Shown here: in pieces, positions 29,701-37,587 of the stretch | Numbering within the stretch: the first letter of the stretch is position 1 | Layout: the number at the start of each line of letters is the position of its first letter | Source: Candidatus Latescibacterota bacterium | Lineage (GTDB): Bacteria; Latescibacterota; UBA2968; GCA-2709665 | DNA: 64,000 nucleotides | NCBI GenBank assembly: GCA_963667175.2 | Contig: CAXXXF010000006.1 | Coordinates: forward strand, 160,001-224,000 | Reading direction: 5' to 3' | Position numbers and translations under genes: made by a program | Notes under the pieces: model-generated | The model's database searches: none | Told to the model about the DNA's origin: nothing | The model's input: the letters and a program-made list of their open reading frames with translations, nothing else

Positions 29701-29997
29701 CGGACGGTACTGTTCGCCGACGAACAACGGCATGTCCGGCACGTCGTCTGACCAACCTTCAAGGCGATACCAGAAGCCCTCTGCCTCCATGACCAGGAGC
29801 GAATCCATAGGGGTGAGCCGCAACGGATACTCACGCGGGACAGGCTCCCACCGCACTGACCTCGACTCGCGCTTCCTGGCGGCATCAAGCGCAGACTTCA
29901 GGTATGCAGTGTAGGGCCACAGGCTACCGTGAGCCTGGTTTGCCACGGCACGGGCGCGCTTCGGATGAACGCAGGCGGTGAAGTAAAGCGGTTTCAT
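26788..29997 (-). CDS. SF1 helicase, Upf1/DNA2/NAM7 family (AAA_11/AAA_12)
   Basis: GPPGSGKT, STTHVAVDN, IIDEAS, VGD..QL, QHRMHP, TVDRFQGRE, NRLNVGITRA. Confidence 0.95.
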   Translation of the reverse strand: MKPLYFTACVHPKRARAVANQAHGSLWPYTAYLKSALDAARKRESRSVRWEPVPREYPLRLTPMDSLLVMEAEGFWYRLEGWSDDVPDMPLFVGEQYRPIVPKRVERVPSGLLLVLDSEVDPDEQVFWKGSPCTLTPTDPIWPDTLVARRRDGTVAHLYQRPEQADRIFLVIKGCDHVVLEDKHGAELPHQVADPHEGATCLRVGREKIPWNGQRDLTLEKLPDQGFFIADNGVRWAWSEDEGGNRRRRGVWIQLLPPEEVDSEAALDIRTAYMEEGVREVRTRRGNNRNDAFEVFNFRRDNYQLELERLPAEESTLFIPSSISNLQRQRQAIFSLRDSPLPHHQALLRLCEAPNRVRWPRCQPESVSRWYLLGDEHWSGTIQQREFVEKALGTPDFAFLEGPPGSGKTHAICELVLQFIDQGLNVLLCSTTHVAVDNVLERLVGKFEQVEAVRIGLADRVDQTIRDVQIDERIAALTETWRSAGVFADRDDDFNLERVAEATILSSVNLTCGTSTGILAHPYIRRLSHRRENDTGPRWPYFDVLIIDEASKTTFQEFLVPAQLASKWIVVGDVRQLPPFSEPKDLEASIAEVSDENEAKLSDAHQVALLILFRLQRPEAGFRRVRWLIEEGDDVLNALCAEIEVRVTHSDRMPEIVRVVQGNPTDNEVSITDIEAGQPVALHLLAADWILFPPELRDRVAPYLPPDGLALRDWDLDSARAFQFARWLDRRGSFSKPIWEQRRQFRAARELASRQRDFLREESWAKQVSWRLGRVHQLACARDDGQRERRQDEIDSLMPAVDPYSKWVPQAIDAIRDVGVRSAIESFRIGRSDRRVRCRSALTEAIPQDVWKERAVILEFQHRMHPDISRLPRDQFYEGVALRDANTLDERDKRDGWSFALRAPARRVWTDVRGHDERGINQAEIEAMRRWLVAWRDYAESHQRTDGKYWTVACLSFYNRQELGTRNMLRQLTGKARAETRFALPNTTIACATVDRFQGREADFVLLSLRNTSRPGHMDSPNRLNVGITRARFLLVVFGHRKYFAEDCPSEELNALADATPLFELGSVR

Positions 29998-30516
29998 TCT
30001 TCTCAGGCTTCCAAGCGGCGTACTTTCATCCCATTAAGGAGCGATTCATGGATCATCTCGTCTTTCCTGAACCGGGCAATGAACCACTGTGATAGGTCCC
30101 ATCGATTCGAAGGGGGAGACACCCGCGCTCCTAGGCGTCGCAAAACGCGACGGTCGACCCCGAACCTGCGTCTAATCTCCGGCGATCAATATCCGGCAAT
30201 AGAATTCCATCGCCTTCCTGATCCGGCAATTTGCCAAATGCATCCAGAGTGGATGCCAGTACCGCGGAGCGCAGCAATCCCCTGAAGGTCTCCGCGATGC
30301 CTGAACAACACAACTCCAGGCAGCCATGGCGGCATAGCCACCGGATCTGCTCGAAATCTTGCCGGAACTTGAACGAAGCGACAGGGACGGCCGGTTGGAC
30401 TTCATCTCGGCGTGTCGATATGGCGGACGAGAATACCGGACCGCGCCGGAATGCCGTCGAACGGTTAAAAACTGCCGAGAGCGGCGCGTGTTACCGTCCC
30501 GGCAATCGGAGTTTCC

Positions 30517-32421
30517 CTACAGGCCCGGCACCCGGTAGCTCCAGACTTCGGAACTGTGGGTGAAATAGAGCCGGCGCTTGTGGATCACGATTCCCGCGTT
30601 CGCGTTCACGGGGGGTGTTCCCAGCAGTTTGTGTTCGAACGTGCCCGGCTCGATACGTACAATCGCGTTGCGGAACAGCGCATAGATCCTGTCGTCAGGT
30701 CCCGTCGCCAGGATCCTGGGGGCCTGCTGTCCAGCCAGAGCGCCATAAGGCAGTTTCTTCTCGAAGTGGACGATCTCCCGAGATTCGGGATCGAACACGA
30801 AAAACGCGGATCCCGAGGCCAGCCCGTAGATCAGGCCGTCCGGCCCCAGGATCACGTCGGTGATTTGCGCGGCGCCAGGCACAACCGCTTCGCGATACAG
30901 TACTCGTTTTTCTTCCAGATCCAGAACATAGAGTTCCGCCTGCTTCGCGTGCGCCTCCCCTCCCGTGCCGGGGCTGATCGTGGTGCCCGCGACGATTTTC
31001 CCGTCGGGCAACGCCGCGAGCGAGACCGTGCTGTGTTCGGGAAGCAGATCCTCGTGCGTCAGCAGCTCGTGGCTCTCCGTTTCAGTATCCCAGATCAGCA
31101 TCCCCCCGCCCGTCAGTCCGTACCCGGGCGTTCCCGTCATGACAAGCCGCCGTCCGTCCGGATGGGCCAGCAACGCGTGGGGCCGGATAATCGTGGGACT
31201 TACGGATATCAGGTCCCGTGGATTCGGATCCACCGTCCCCCGATCGTCCCACGGCCGGGACGGATCGTATTCCCAGAGCCTGCCGCCCGCATACTCCCCG
31301 CAATAGACATTATCACCCTGAACTGCCAGCGCGTTCAGGTGTCCGACAAGGTCCCATAGACCGCGGTGGACGAACGTGTCCGCCTGCGTATCGTATGTAT
31401 AGAACCGGAGCGGATGTCCAGTGGATCCGTGGATCCTGCCGTCCGGACCTTCCGCGATCGAGAGGATGGGGGATCCGGCCGATTCATAGTCGATTTCCAG
31501 ACGTCTTACCGTTCCCGCCTCGTTGATTTCGACGTACTTCTCCGGAAGGTTGATTTCATCCAGCGACCAGCCATCCGGGAAATTGTCCAGGACCGCCTCC
31601 TGTTCGCCGGCCAGAATCGGTCTCTCGGGTGCGGGAGCGTCCACCTGAGTTACCACCCCTTCAAACAGGGACCACCACGGTCCCTCACTATAGGACCTCC
31701 CGTACACTCTTCCGTCCTTCCCCCGGTACACCGTGGATGCGCCGTGCCGACGGTCGGTCTCGGGAATCAATGCGGCACGTTCGCCTGTTGCCGGATTGAA
31801 TGAAACGATCTGCCCGCGCGTGGAACCTATGCCCACGTAGACCCACCCGGAACTGTCCACCGCGATCGTCCTCGGGTACTGCGGCCAACTCTCATCGTTC
31901 AGCGGGCCGTGGTTCTCCAGTTTTCCGCTGTCCGGAACATGACTCAGCAACTCGCAGTTGGGATACGCGGACGTCCAGACCCTGCCGTTATCGTCCTCTG
32001 TAAACGACATGGCGAATCTCGGCGGCGCATCCGACCAGAAAGTGAAGCGCCGCGTGTTCGCATCGAACTCCACGAATTTATCGAAGTATGAATAGAACCG
32101 GTTCCTCGTGGACAGCAGCACGGCGAAAGGCGTGGAGGCCATCCCGAACGGAGTCGGAACCTGATCCGTCCGTCCTGATGTGACGTCGATCACGAGAATC
32201 GAACCGCAGCCACGATGGTCCATCGGCCAGGCCAGAACGATCGGCCGCCCGTCTCCGTCCACAGTTGCCGCCACCCCTCTCGCGCGGGATACGGGCGCCG
32301 CCACGCCATGCCGCGCGAATCCGTCGCCGAAATCGCGAGTCCCCGCGCCTGCCGGTCGCCTGAATGCCAGCAATAGGGCCATTGACAACGTCGCAATTGC
32401 CAGGAATGCAGCGAGGCTCAT
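30517..32421 (-). CDS. Exported or membrane-anchored beta-propeller protein of unknown function
   Basis: Hydrophobic N-terminus; repeated GPDGRI(H/Y)G-like and YDP/FDP blade motifs. Confidence 0.75.
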   Translation of the reverse strand: MSLAAFLAIATLSMALLLAFRRPAGAGTRDFGDGFARHGVAAPVSRARGVAATVDGDGRPIVLAWPMDHRGCGSILVIDVTSGRTDQVPTPFGMASTPFAVLLSTRNRFYSYFDKFVEFDANTRRFTFWSDAPPRFAMSFTEDDNGRVWTSAYPNCELLSHVPDSGKLENHGPLNDESWPQYPRTIAVDSSGWVYVGIGSTRGQIVSFNPATGERAALIPETDRRHGASTVYRGKDGRVYGRSYSEGPWWSLFEGVVTQVDAPAPERPILAGEQEAVLDNFPDGWSLDEINLPEKYVEINEAGTVRRLEIDYESAGSPILSIAEGPDGRIHGSTGHPLRFYTYDTQADTFVHRGLWDLVGHLNALAVQGDNVYCGEYAGGRLWEYDPSRPWDDRGTVDPNPRDLISVSPTIIRPHALLAHPDGRRLVMTGTPGYGLTGGGMLIWDTETESHELLTHEDLLPEHSTVSLAALPDGKIVAGTTISPGTGGEAHAKQAELYVLDLEEKRVLYREAVVPGAAQITDVILGPDGLIYGLASGSAFFVFDPESREIVHFEKKLPYGALAGQQAPRILATGPDDRIYALFRNAIVRIEPGTFEHKLLGTPPVNANAGIVIHKRRLYFTHSSEVWSYRVPGL

Positions 32422-32649
32422 GTCTGGAATTCCTCCTGGATCAATAGTATTGCAAACCGCCGGATTCACGGCTGCCAATATGCCGGGCCGGGCCGTGAAA
32501 GTCAAGCGGATGCGTTTTACGCCAGCAGTCCCGGCAGTCGGTTCTCCCGTCGGCGAATACAAAAAGCCGATCCGTAGTCGGATCGGCCAGCGGCATGCGA
32601 CACCCAGCGCAATCTTGTCTTCGCGATCCTGCGCACCGGACGACAACAT

Positions 32650-32728
32650 TCGGACGCAGACAGGCGCGCTTTGTCTTCGGCCCCAATGACTTGCCGTCGC
32701 CCGATGAGCGACTTATTCAATAGGACTG
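32650..32728. mobile_element. Degenerate one-ended copy of the MITE
   Basis: Reverse complement CAGTCCTATTGAATAAGTCGCTC...GGCCGAAGACAAAGCGCGCCTGTCTGCG matches 8003-8075; flank CTAA. Confidence 0.65.
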
Positions 32729-33670
32729 CTAACGATCATTGAACGCGGCAACGAAAATCAAAAAGTCCTGGAAGTCCACGACACCGTCATCATTGAGGTC
32801 GAATTTGGGATCGTCAGTACCAAAGGCATTTGCGAAACTCACAAAGTCGCTGAAATCGACCGTGCCGTCCCCATTGAAGTCTGACCGTTTACCTGTTGCA
32901 GTAGAAGTACCGTTGGTTTGTTCTTGTGCGTCGTCCTCATCGCCCTCGTTACCTTCGTCGCCGTCATCCTCGTCACTCTCGTCGCCCTCATCGTCTTCGT
33001 CCCCCTCATCGCCTTCATCGTTCTCGTCCCCCTCATCGTCTTCGTCCCCTTCGTCGCCGTCATCCTCGTCACTCTCGTCGCCCTCATCGTCTTCATCGCC
33101 CTCGTCCCCTTCGTCGCCGTCATCCTCGTCACTCTCGTCGCCCTCATCGTCCTCGTCGCCCTCATCGTCCTCGTCACCTTCATCGTCCTCGTCACCTTCA
33201 TCGTCTTCGTCCCCCTCATCGCCTTCATCGTTCTCGTCCCCCTCATCGTCTTCGTCCCCTTCGTCGCCGTCATCCTCGTCACTCTCGTCGCCCTCATCGT
33301 CTTCATCGCCCTCGTCCCCTTCGTCGCCGTCATCCTCGTCACTCTCGTCGCCCTCATCGTCCTCGTCGCCCTCATCGTCCTCGTCACCTTCATCGTCCTC
33401 GTCACCTTCATCGTCCTCGTCACCTTCATCGTCCTCGTCACCTTCATCGTCCTCGTCACCTTCATCATTATCATCATCGTCGTCATCACTGGATGCACCG
33501 ATACTGGAGCCTATCCGCGAGTCGATGCTTCTTTCGCTTCCAAGGAAGGGCGAGGTCTGGTCACCCGGCGGCGTATCTTGTTCACTCTGCCCGTAGAGTG
33601 ACGAAGGACGCCCAAAGGTCAACAGGATCATTATGCACACGAGAGAAATATATCGCCGTAGATGTCTCAT
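32729..33670 (-). CDS. Secreted Asp/Glu-rich repeat protein with C-terminal dockerin/EF-hand-like domain
   Basis: Signal-peptide-like N-terminus, ~185 aa of DEGDED repeats, DFNGDGTVDFSDF...DLNDDGVVDFQDF. Confidence 0.85.
   Translation of the reverse strand: MRHLRRYISLVCIMILLTFGRPSSLYGQSEQDTPPGDQTSPFLGSERSIDSRIGSSIGASSDDDDDDNDEGDEDDEGDEDDEGDEDDEGDEDDEGDEDDEGDEDDEGDESDEDDGDEGDEGDEDDEGDESDEDDGDEGDEDDEGDENDEGDEGDEDDEGDEDDEGDEDDEGDEDDEGDESDEDDGDEGDEGDEDDEGDESDEDDGDEGDEDDEGDENDEGDEGDEDDEGDESDEDDGDEGNEGDEDDAQEQTNGTSTATGKRSDFNGDGTVDFSDFVSFANAFGTDDPKFDLNDDGVVDFQDFLIFVAAFNDR
32930..33488 (-). repeat. In-frame tandem repeat array (18-nt basic unit, 210-nt higher-order duplication)
   Basis: CCCCCTCATCGCCTTCATCGTTCTCGTCCC recurs at 33001 and 33211. 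Confidence 0.95.
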
Positions 33671-33709
33671 TTGTATCTCCATATCCTGCAAATGCAAATA
33701 ACAGTAAAG

Positions 33710-34330
33710 CTACTTGCGCCTCTTCTGAGACAGGTTGAAGCTCACGATAATCCGATCGGCGTTCTTCCCCTTGGCCCTGGATCGATTCGGAGCCACGCTA
33801 TGGTACAGCCAACTCGGGAAGATCAGCATCTTTCCGGCCACGGGTTTGTATTGGACCCTCGTCCAGCAGATTCGTGGGCGCCTGGTATCGGGGATAAATT
33901 CGGCAGGACTCATCAGGTTCTGGGTGCGTGGATCGATGAACTCGATTCGACCCGAGTTCCTGGGCGCCTGGACGTAGTAGACGCCGCTCCAGATGCAGCC
34001 GGGATGGATATGAGCCCGGTTCACGCCACCCGGTGGATTGATGATCGACCACATGGTGCCGATTTTTAGTTCGTATGACGTGTGATATCCCAGCTGGCGG
34101 CACATCATGGCCGATGCCTCGTCGACGTATTGAACCAACCCCTCAAAGGTGACGTCCCTGTGCAGCTTGACGTTGCTGTGCCAACTCCCCAACTCCGGGA
34201 AGTTCGACTTGGGCACGCCCTTTCCGTCGCGTTCTCGTTCGGCGTAGATCGCGTGTGTCAGGCGAGCGTTGAGAATCTCGCTGCCCGGAACTTCCAGAGA
34301 AAAAATGAGCGTTGGAAAGTAGCGCTGCAT
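33710..34330 (-). CDS. TIGR02466-like putative 2OG-Fe(II) oxygenase
   Basis: W..IN.PG..N..H.H, SGVYY, F.DPR, G..LIFPSWLYH.V, RI.VSFN; start uncertain. Confidence 0.88.
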   Translation of the reverse strand: MQRYFPTLIFSLEVPGSEILNARLTHAIYAERERDGKGVPKSNFPELGSWHSNVKLHRDVTFEGLVQYVDEASAMMCRQLGYHTSYELKIGTMWSIINPPGGVNRAHIHPGCIWSGVYYVQAPRNSGRIEFIDPRTQNLMSPAEFIPDTRRPRICWTRVQYKPVAGKMLIFPSWLYHSVAPNRSRAKGKNADRIIVSFNLSQKRRK

Positions 34331-34760
34331 CTTGAGCGCGTCTTCGGACAGACGAGCCCCCTGGCCGCAGTCCGCGGCTTCACGGTTCGGCGCGTCGCGC
34401 GTCACATTATTTCCCCATATCCATGTTACTGATCCATTCTGGCTGACATTGCGGTTGCCGGTCAACTCAGACTGCTATCGGCTCTTAAATCAATAGCAGC
34501 ATGAATATAACGATGTTGCCATTTAAATTCAACACGGAGGTCGGCGCCGACGTGACGTTGCCGCCAATACAAGAGACCAGGCATCTCAGGTCTGGTCTGA
34601 AGCGAACGAAGCGAAAAGGGCGACTCGAAGCCGACATTCCCCTTTGTTGAAAGTCGATCTGATTCGGCCGGCACGAAGGGATATTTCTGCAACGAAGGAG
34701 TCGGTGTGTTCTATCTGCAGCGATCCGTGGTCTGGGTTTGTGTTCCCAATATACGTACTA

Positions 34761-35006
34761 TCAGCGCCCGCGCGACTGGATTTCCTTGTACCAGGTCAGT
34801 TCCACCTCGTCCAGGCCGTCGGTATGGTAAGCGTAGAGATGGACTCTGCCGAGGCTGGCGCCCAGGCGTGCGCAGAAGCGACAGGCCGCGATGTTGACGT
34901 TCTGGGTTTCGATCTTGAGCTGCTTGTATCCCCTCGGCCTCGCGCAAGCCTCGGCGCGATGAAAGAGCGGCTCGACGGCGCTCACGTCACATAACACAAT
35001 CGCCAC
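34761..35006 (-). pseudogene. C-terminal remnant of a streptothricin-acetyltransferase-like GNAT gene
   Basis: LKIETQNVNIAACRF..R.G; the N-terminal part lies at ~37.0-37.15 kb. Confidence 0.7.
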
Positions 35007-35276
35007 CGGACAATCTACAGATTGACACCAAAGAGCGCCGAATCCGCAATTTGCACGGGTCGAACGACGCTCGCTGGCTCTATCTGCACGACATCAGCTT
35101 CGCAGAAAACTGTTGATTCTTCTGAAAAACCGATTAAAATGAACTACGATAACCCCCATCAGATTTCCGCGAGCACGTTCCAATCAACGTCACGCCGACC
35201 GATCATTTTGTATTTCATTGAATGCTGTCGCATCAACCTTTGCTGAATTTACCCAAATGCCAAGACAGGGTGAGCC

Positions 35277-36824
35277 ATGACCAGGCGAAGACTGCCCATC
35301 GGCATTCAGACCTTCAGCATAATCAGGGAAGAGAACTACTACTACGTTGATAAGACGGTCCACCTGCGGCGATTGATCGACGAGGGTACGCACTATTTTC
35401 TATCGCGTCCGCGTCGCTTTGGCAAAAGCCTGTTTCTGAACACGCTGAAGGAACTGTTCGAGGGCAATGAGCCGCTGTTCGAAGGACTGCACGTCCACGA
35501 CCATTGGGACTGGTCCGTTCGCTATCCTGTCTTATGCCTTGACTTTGGCAGCGGCGATTTCAGTAAGCCGGAGTTCCTGCACAAAGAGGTGATGGCGCAG
35601 CTGGATGCCGTAGAAAAAGATACGGGTGTTGAAAGCCACTACGACACCGCTTCCGCACGCTTTCGTCATATCATCCGAATGCTGCACAGCCAGGCGGGAC
35701 AGCGCGTTGTCGTTCTTGTTGATGAATACGACAAGCCGATTCTCGATGCCCTGGAGGCGCCGGAGACCGCGCGCGCCAACCGGGACTTTCTGCGCGGTCT
35801 GTATTCCACGATCAAGTCCTGTGACGCCCACGTCAAATTCACGTTCCTCACGGGCGTCAGCAAGTTCTCCAAAGTTCAGCTCTTTTCCGGACTCAACAAT
35901 CTCACGGACATTACGATCGACCCACAGTATTCCGATCTATGCGGGTACACGGAAACGGACCTCGATACGGTATTCGCGCCGGAACTGCCCGGTCTGGACA
36001 GGGACGAGATCCGCGACTGGTACAACGGCTATAGCTGGCGAGGCGATGAGAAGGTCTATAACCCCTTCGATATCCTCCTGCTGTTCCGAAAGCGCAGCTT
36101 TGAAGCCTACTGGTTCGAGACCGGCACGCCGACGTTCCTCATCGAAACCCTGTTCAAACGCCGCGTCAGTTCCCTGAAACTCGACGACATGATCGGAAGC
36201 AGCGACTTGCTATCGACCTTCGACGTGGATGACATCGCGACAGAGGCCCTGCTGTTTCAAACCGGGTACCTGACCATTAGCGGTGAGGAGAACCTCGGCG
36301 GCAAGTCCTTCTATCGTCTGGGCTATCCCAACCGCGAGGTGCGCCAGAGCCTCAACGAGAGCCTGTTGGACTACCTGGTGAACGACTCGACGCAGCAGAT
36401 GACGAACAGCGTGCAGCTCTACCGCTTGCTGGAAGCCAATGACTTCGTCGGTCTCAAGACCTTGTTCCACGCCTTTTTTGCCAGTATTCCCTATGACTGG
36501 TACACCAACAACGACGTCGCCAATTTTGAAGGCTACTACGCCAGTGTGTTCTATTCCTATTTCGCGGCATTGGGTCTCAATATCACTGTAGAGGACAGCA
36601 GCAGTCATGGACGTGCGGATATGGCCGTTCACTTCAACGAAAACGTCTTCCTGTTCGAGTTCAAAGTGGTGGAACTGGCGTCTGCGGGCGCGGCGATGGC
36701 GCAATTGCAGGATAGGGCATACGCGGACAAATACCGCGGCCTGAACCAGCCGATCCACCTGATCGGGGTCGAGTTCAGCAAGGATACCCGCAATATAACC
36801 GCGTTTGAAGTGGCCCGTGCGTGA
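35277..36824 (+). CDS. AAA-ATPase-like protein with C-terminal PD-(D/E)XK nuclease (DUF1703/PDDEXK_9 type)
   Basis: LPIGIQTF, YYVDKT, SRPRRFGKS, LVDEYDKP, WFETGTP, GRAD...FEFK. Confidence 0.95.
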   Translation: MTRRRLPIGIQTFSIIREENYYYVDKTVHLRRLIDEGTHYFLSRPRRFGKSLFLNTLKELFEGNEPLFEGLHVHDHWDWSVRYPVLCLDFGSGDFSKPEFLHKEVMAQLDAVEKDTGVESHYDTASARFRHIIRMLHSQAGQRVVVLVDEYDKPILDALEAPETARANRDFLRGLYSTIKSCDAHVKFTFLTGVSKFSKVQLFSGLNNLTDITIDPQYSDLCGYTETDLDTVFAPELPGLDRDEIRDWYNGYSWRGDEKVYNPFDILLLFRKRSFEAYWFETGTPTFLIETLFKRRVSSLKLDDMIGSSDLLSTFDVDDIATEALLFQTGYLTISGEENLGGKSFYRLGYPNREVRQSLNESLLDYLVNDSTQQMTNSVQLYRLLEANDFVGLKTLFHAFFASIPYDWYTNNDVANFEGYYASVFYSYFAALGLNITVEDSSSHGRADMAVHFNENVFLFEFKVVELASAGAAMAQLQDRAYADKYRGLNQPIHLIGVEFSKDTRNITAFEVARA

Positions 36825-37029
36825 CCTGGGAAGTGGGGATGCGCACGACGAAAACAGGAAAAAACCGGACTTTCACCGTCGCGGTGGTTTCCTGACGCTG
36901 TGTCGTATCAGCAGTTGGAAGAAGAACCACGATACGTTCACTGTAATAGGTTCAGTGCCCGTTCTGGTTGGCTGATTGGAGGTCCCAATCACGACGATGG
37001 TTGCGCATTCAGTCTCAGTCCGCGCCCGG

Positions 37030-37145
37030 CCCATTGGAAACGACGTCGACGCGAAAGCGGCGCTTCACTTCGAACGCAATGGGCACACTGTCCGTATTCG
37101 GGCGGGACGTCGGCGATTCCCTCAACGATGCTGAAATCCACCGCA
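37030..37145 (-). pseudogene. N-terminal remnant of the GNAT gene (frameshifted)
   Basis: Nucleotide similarity to ~39195-39305 (CCCATTGCGTTCGAAGT shared on the minus strand). Confidence 0.65.
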
Positions 37146-37187
37146 TTCTCGATCTCCCGGCCTTCACTTCTGGCGTGCTGCCTTAGC

Positions 37188-37478
37188 TCAACCGGACGTC
37201 TTGACAAGTGGCTCGATGGTACTGACGTCGGTCGTGGCACGGGCTACGTCAAGGTCGTACATTCGCTGCAGATTCAGCCAGAAGTCGGGGGTCATTCCCA
37301 ATGCCTTCCCAATTCGCAGCGCCGTATCCGCCGTGATGGACCTGCGGCAGTGGACGATATCGTGAATGCGTATCTGCGGCACGCCCATCGTCGTGGCCAG
37401 GCGGTATTTTGTGATGCCGAGTTCCTCTATGATCTCCGCCAGATGTTCTCCCGGGTGTATCGGTTCAGGCGCTGTCAT
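37188..37478 (-). CDS. higA: HigA family antitoxin
   Basis: PIHPGE.L, RSITADTALR....G.TPDFWLNLQ..YD; GAGGAGG RBS. Confidence 0.92.
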   Translation of the reverse strand: MTAPEPIHPGEHLAEIIEELGITKYRLATTMGVPQIRIHDIVHCRRSITADTALRIGKALGMTPDFWLNLQRMYDLDVARATTDVSTIEPLVKTSG

Positions 37479-37489
37479 AGGCACCCTCC

Positions 37490-37572
37490 TCAGTGGTAGT
37501 CGGTGACTTCGATTTCCATGGCGCCCCGGTCTGTCCAGACAAAACACACGCGCCACTGGTCATTGATGCGAT
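37490..37572 (-). pseudogene. higB: Truncated HigB toxin (C-terminal ~26 codons only)
   Basis: Reads RINDQWRVCFVWTDRGAMEIEVTDYH*, the typical HigB C-terminus; the 5' part is replaced by the nuclease gene. Confidence 0.85.
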
Positions 37573-37587
37573 GTAGGTGTTGTCGGT

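Noticed and set aside
30003-30410. Short ORFs upstream of the helicase as a possible seventh operon gene
   Set aside because: Frames are short and interrupted and lack motifs; more likely promoter or scar sequence
32930-33488. Possible CRISPR array
   Set aside because: No unique spacers and no cas genes; it is an in-frame coding tandem repeat
32739-33738. Long alternative-frame ORFs (Ser/Pro-rich, hydrophobic, His/Arg-rich, Met/Thr-rich) over the acidic repeat
   Set aside because: These are shadows of a stop-free repeat; only the minus-strand frame has a signal peptide and a recognisable C-terminal domain
34440-34760. Short ORFs between the 2OG oxygenase and the GNAT remnant
   Set aside because: No recognisable coding signal; probably decayed sequence
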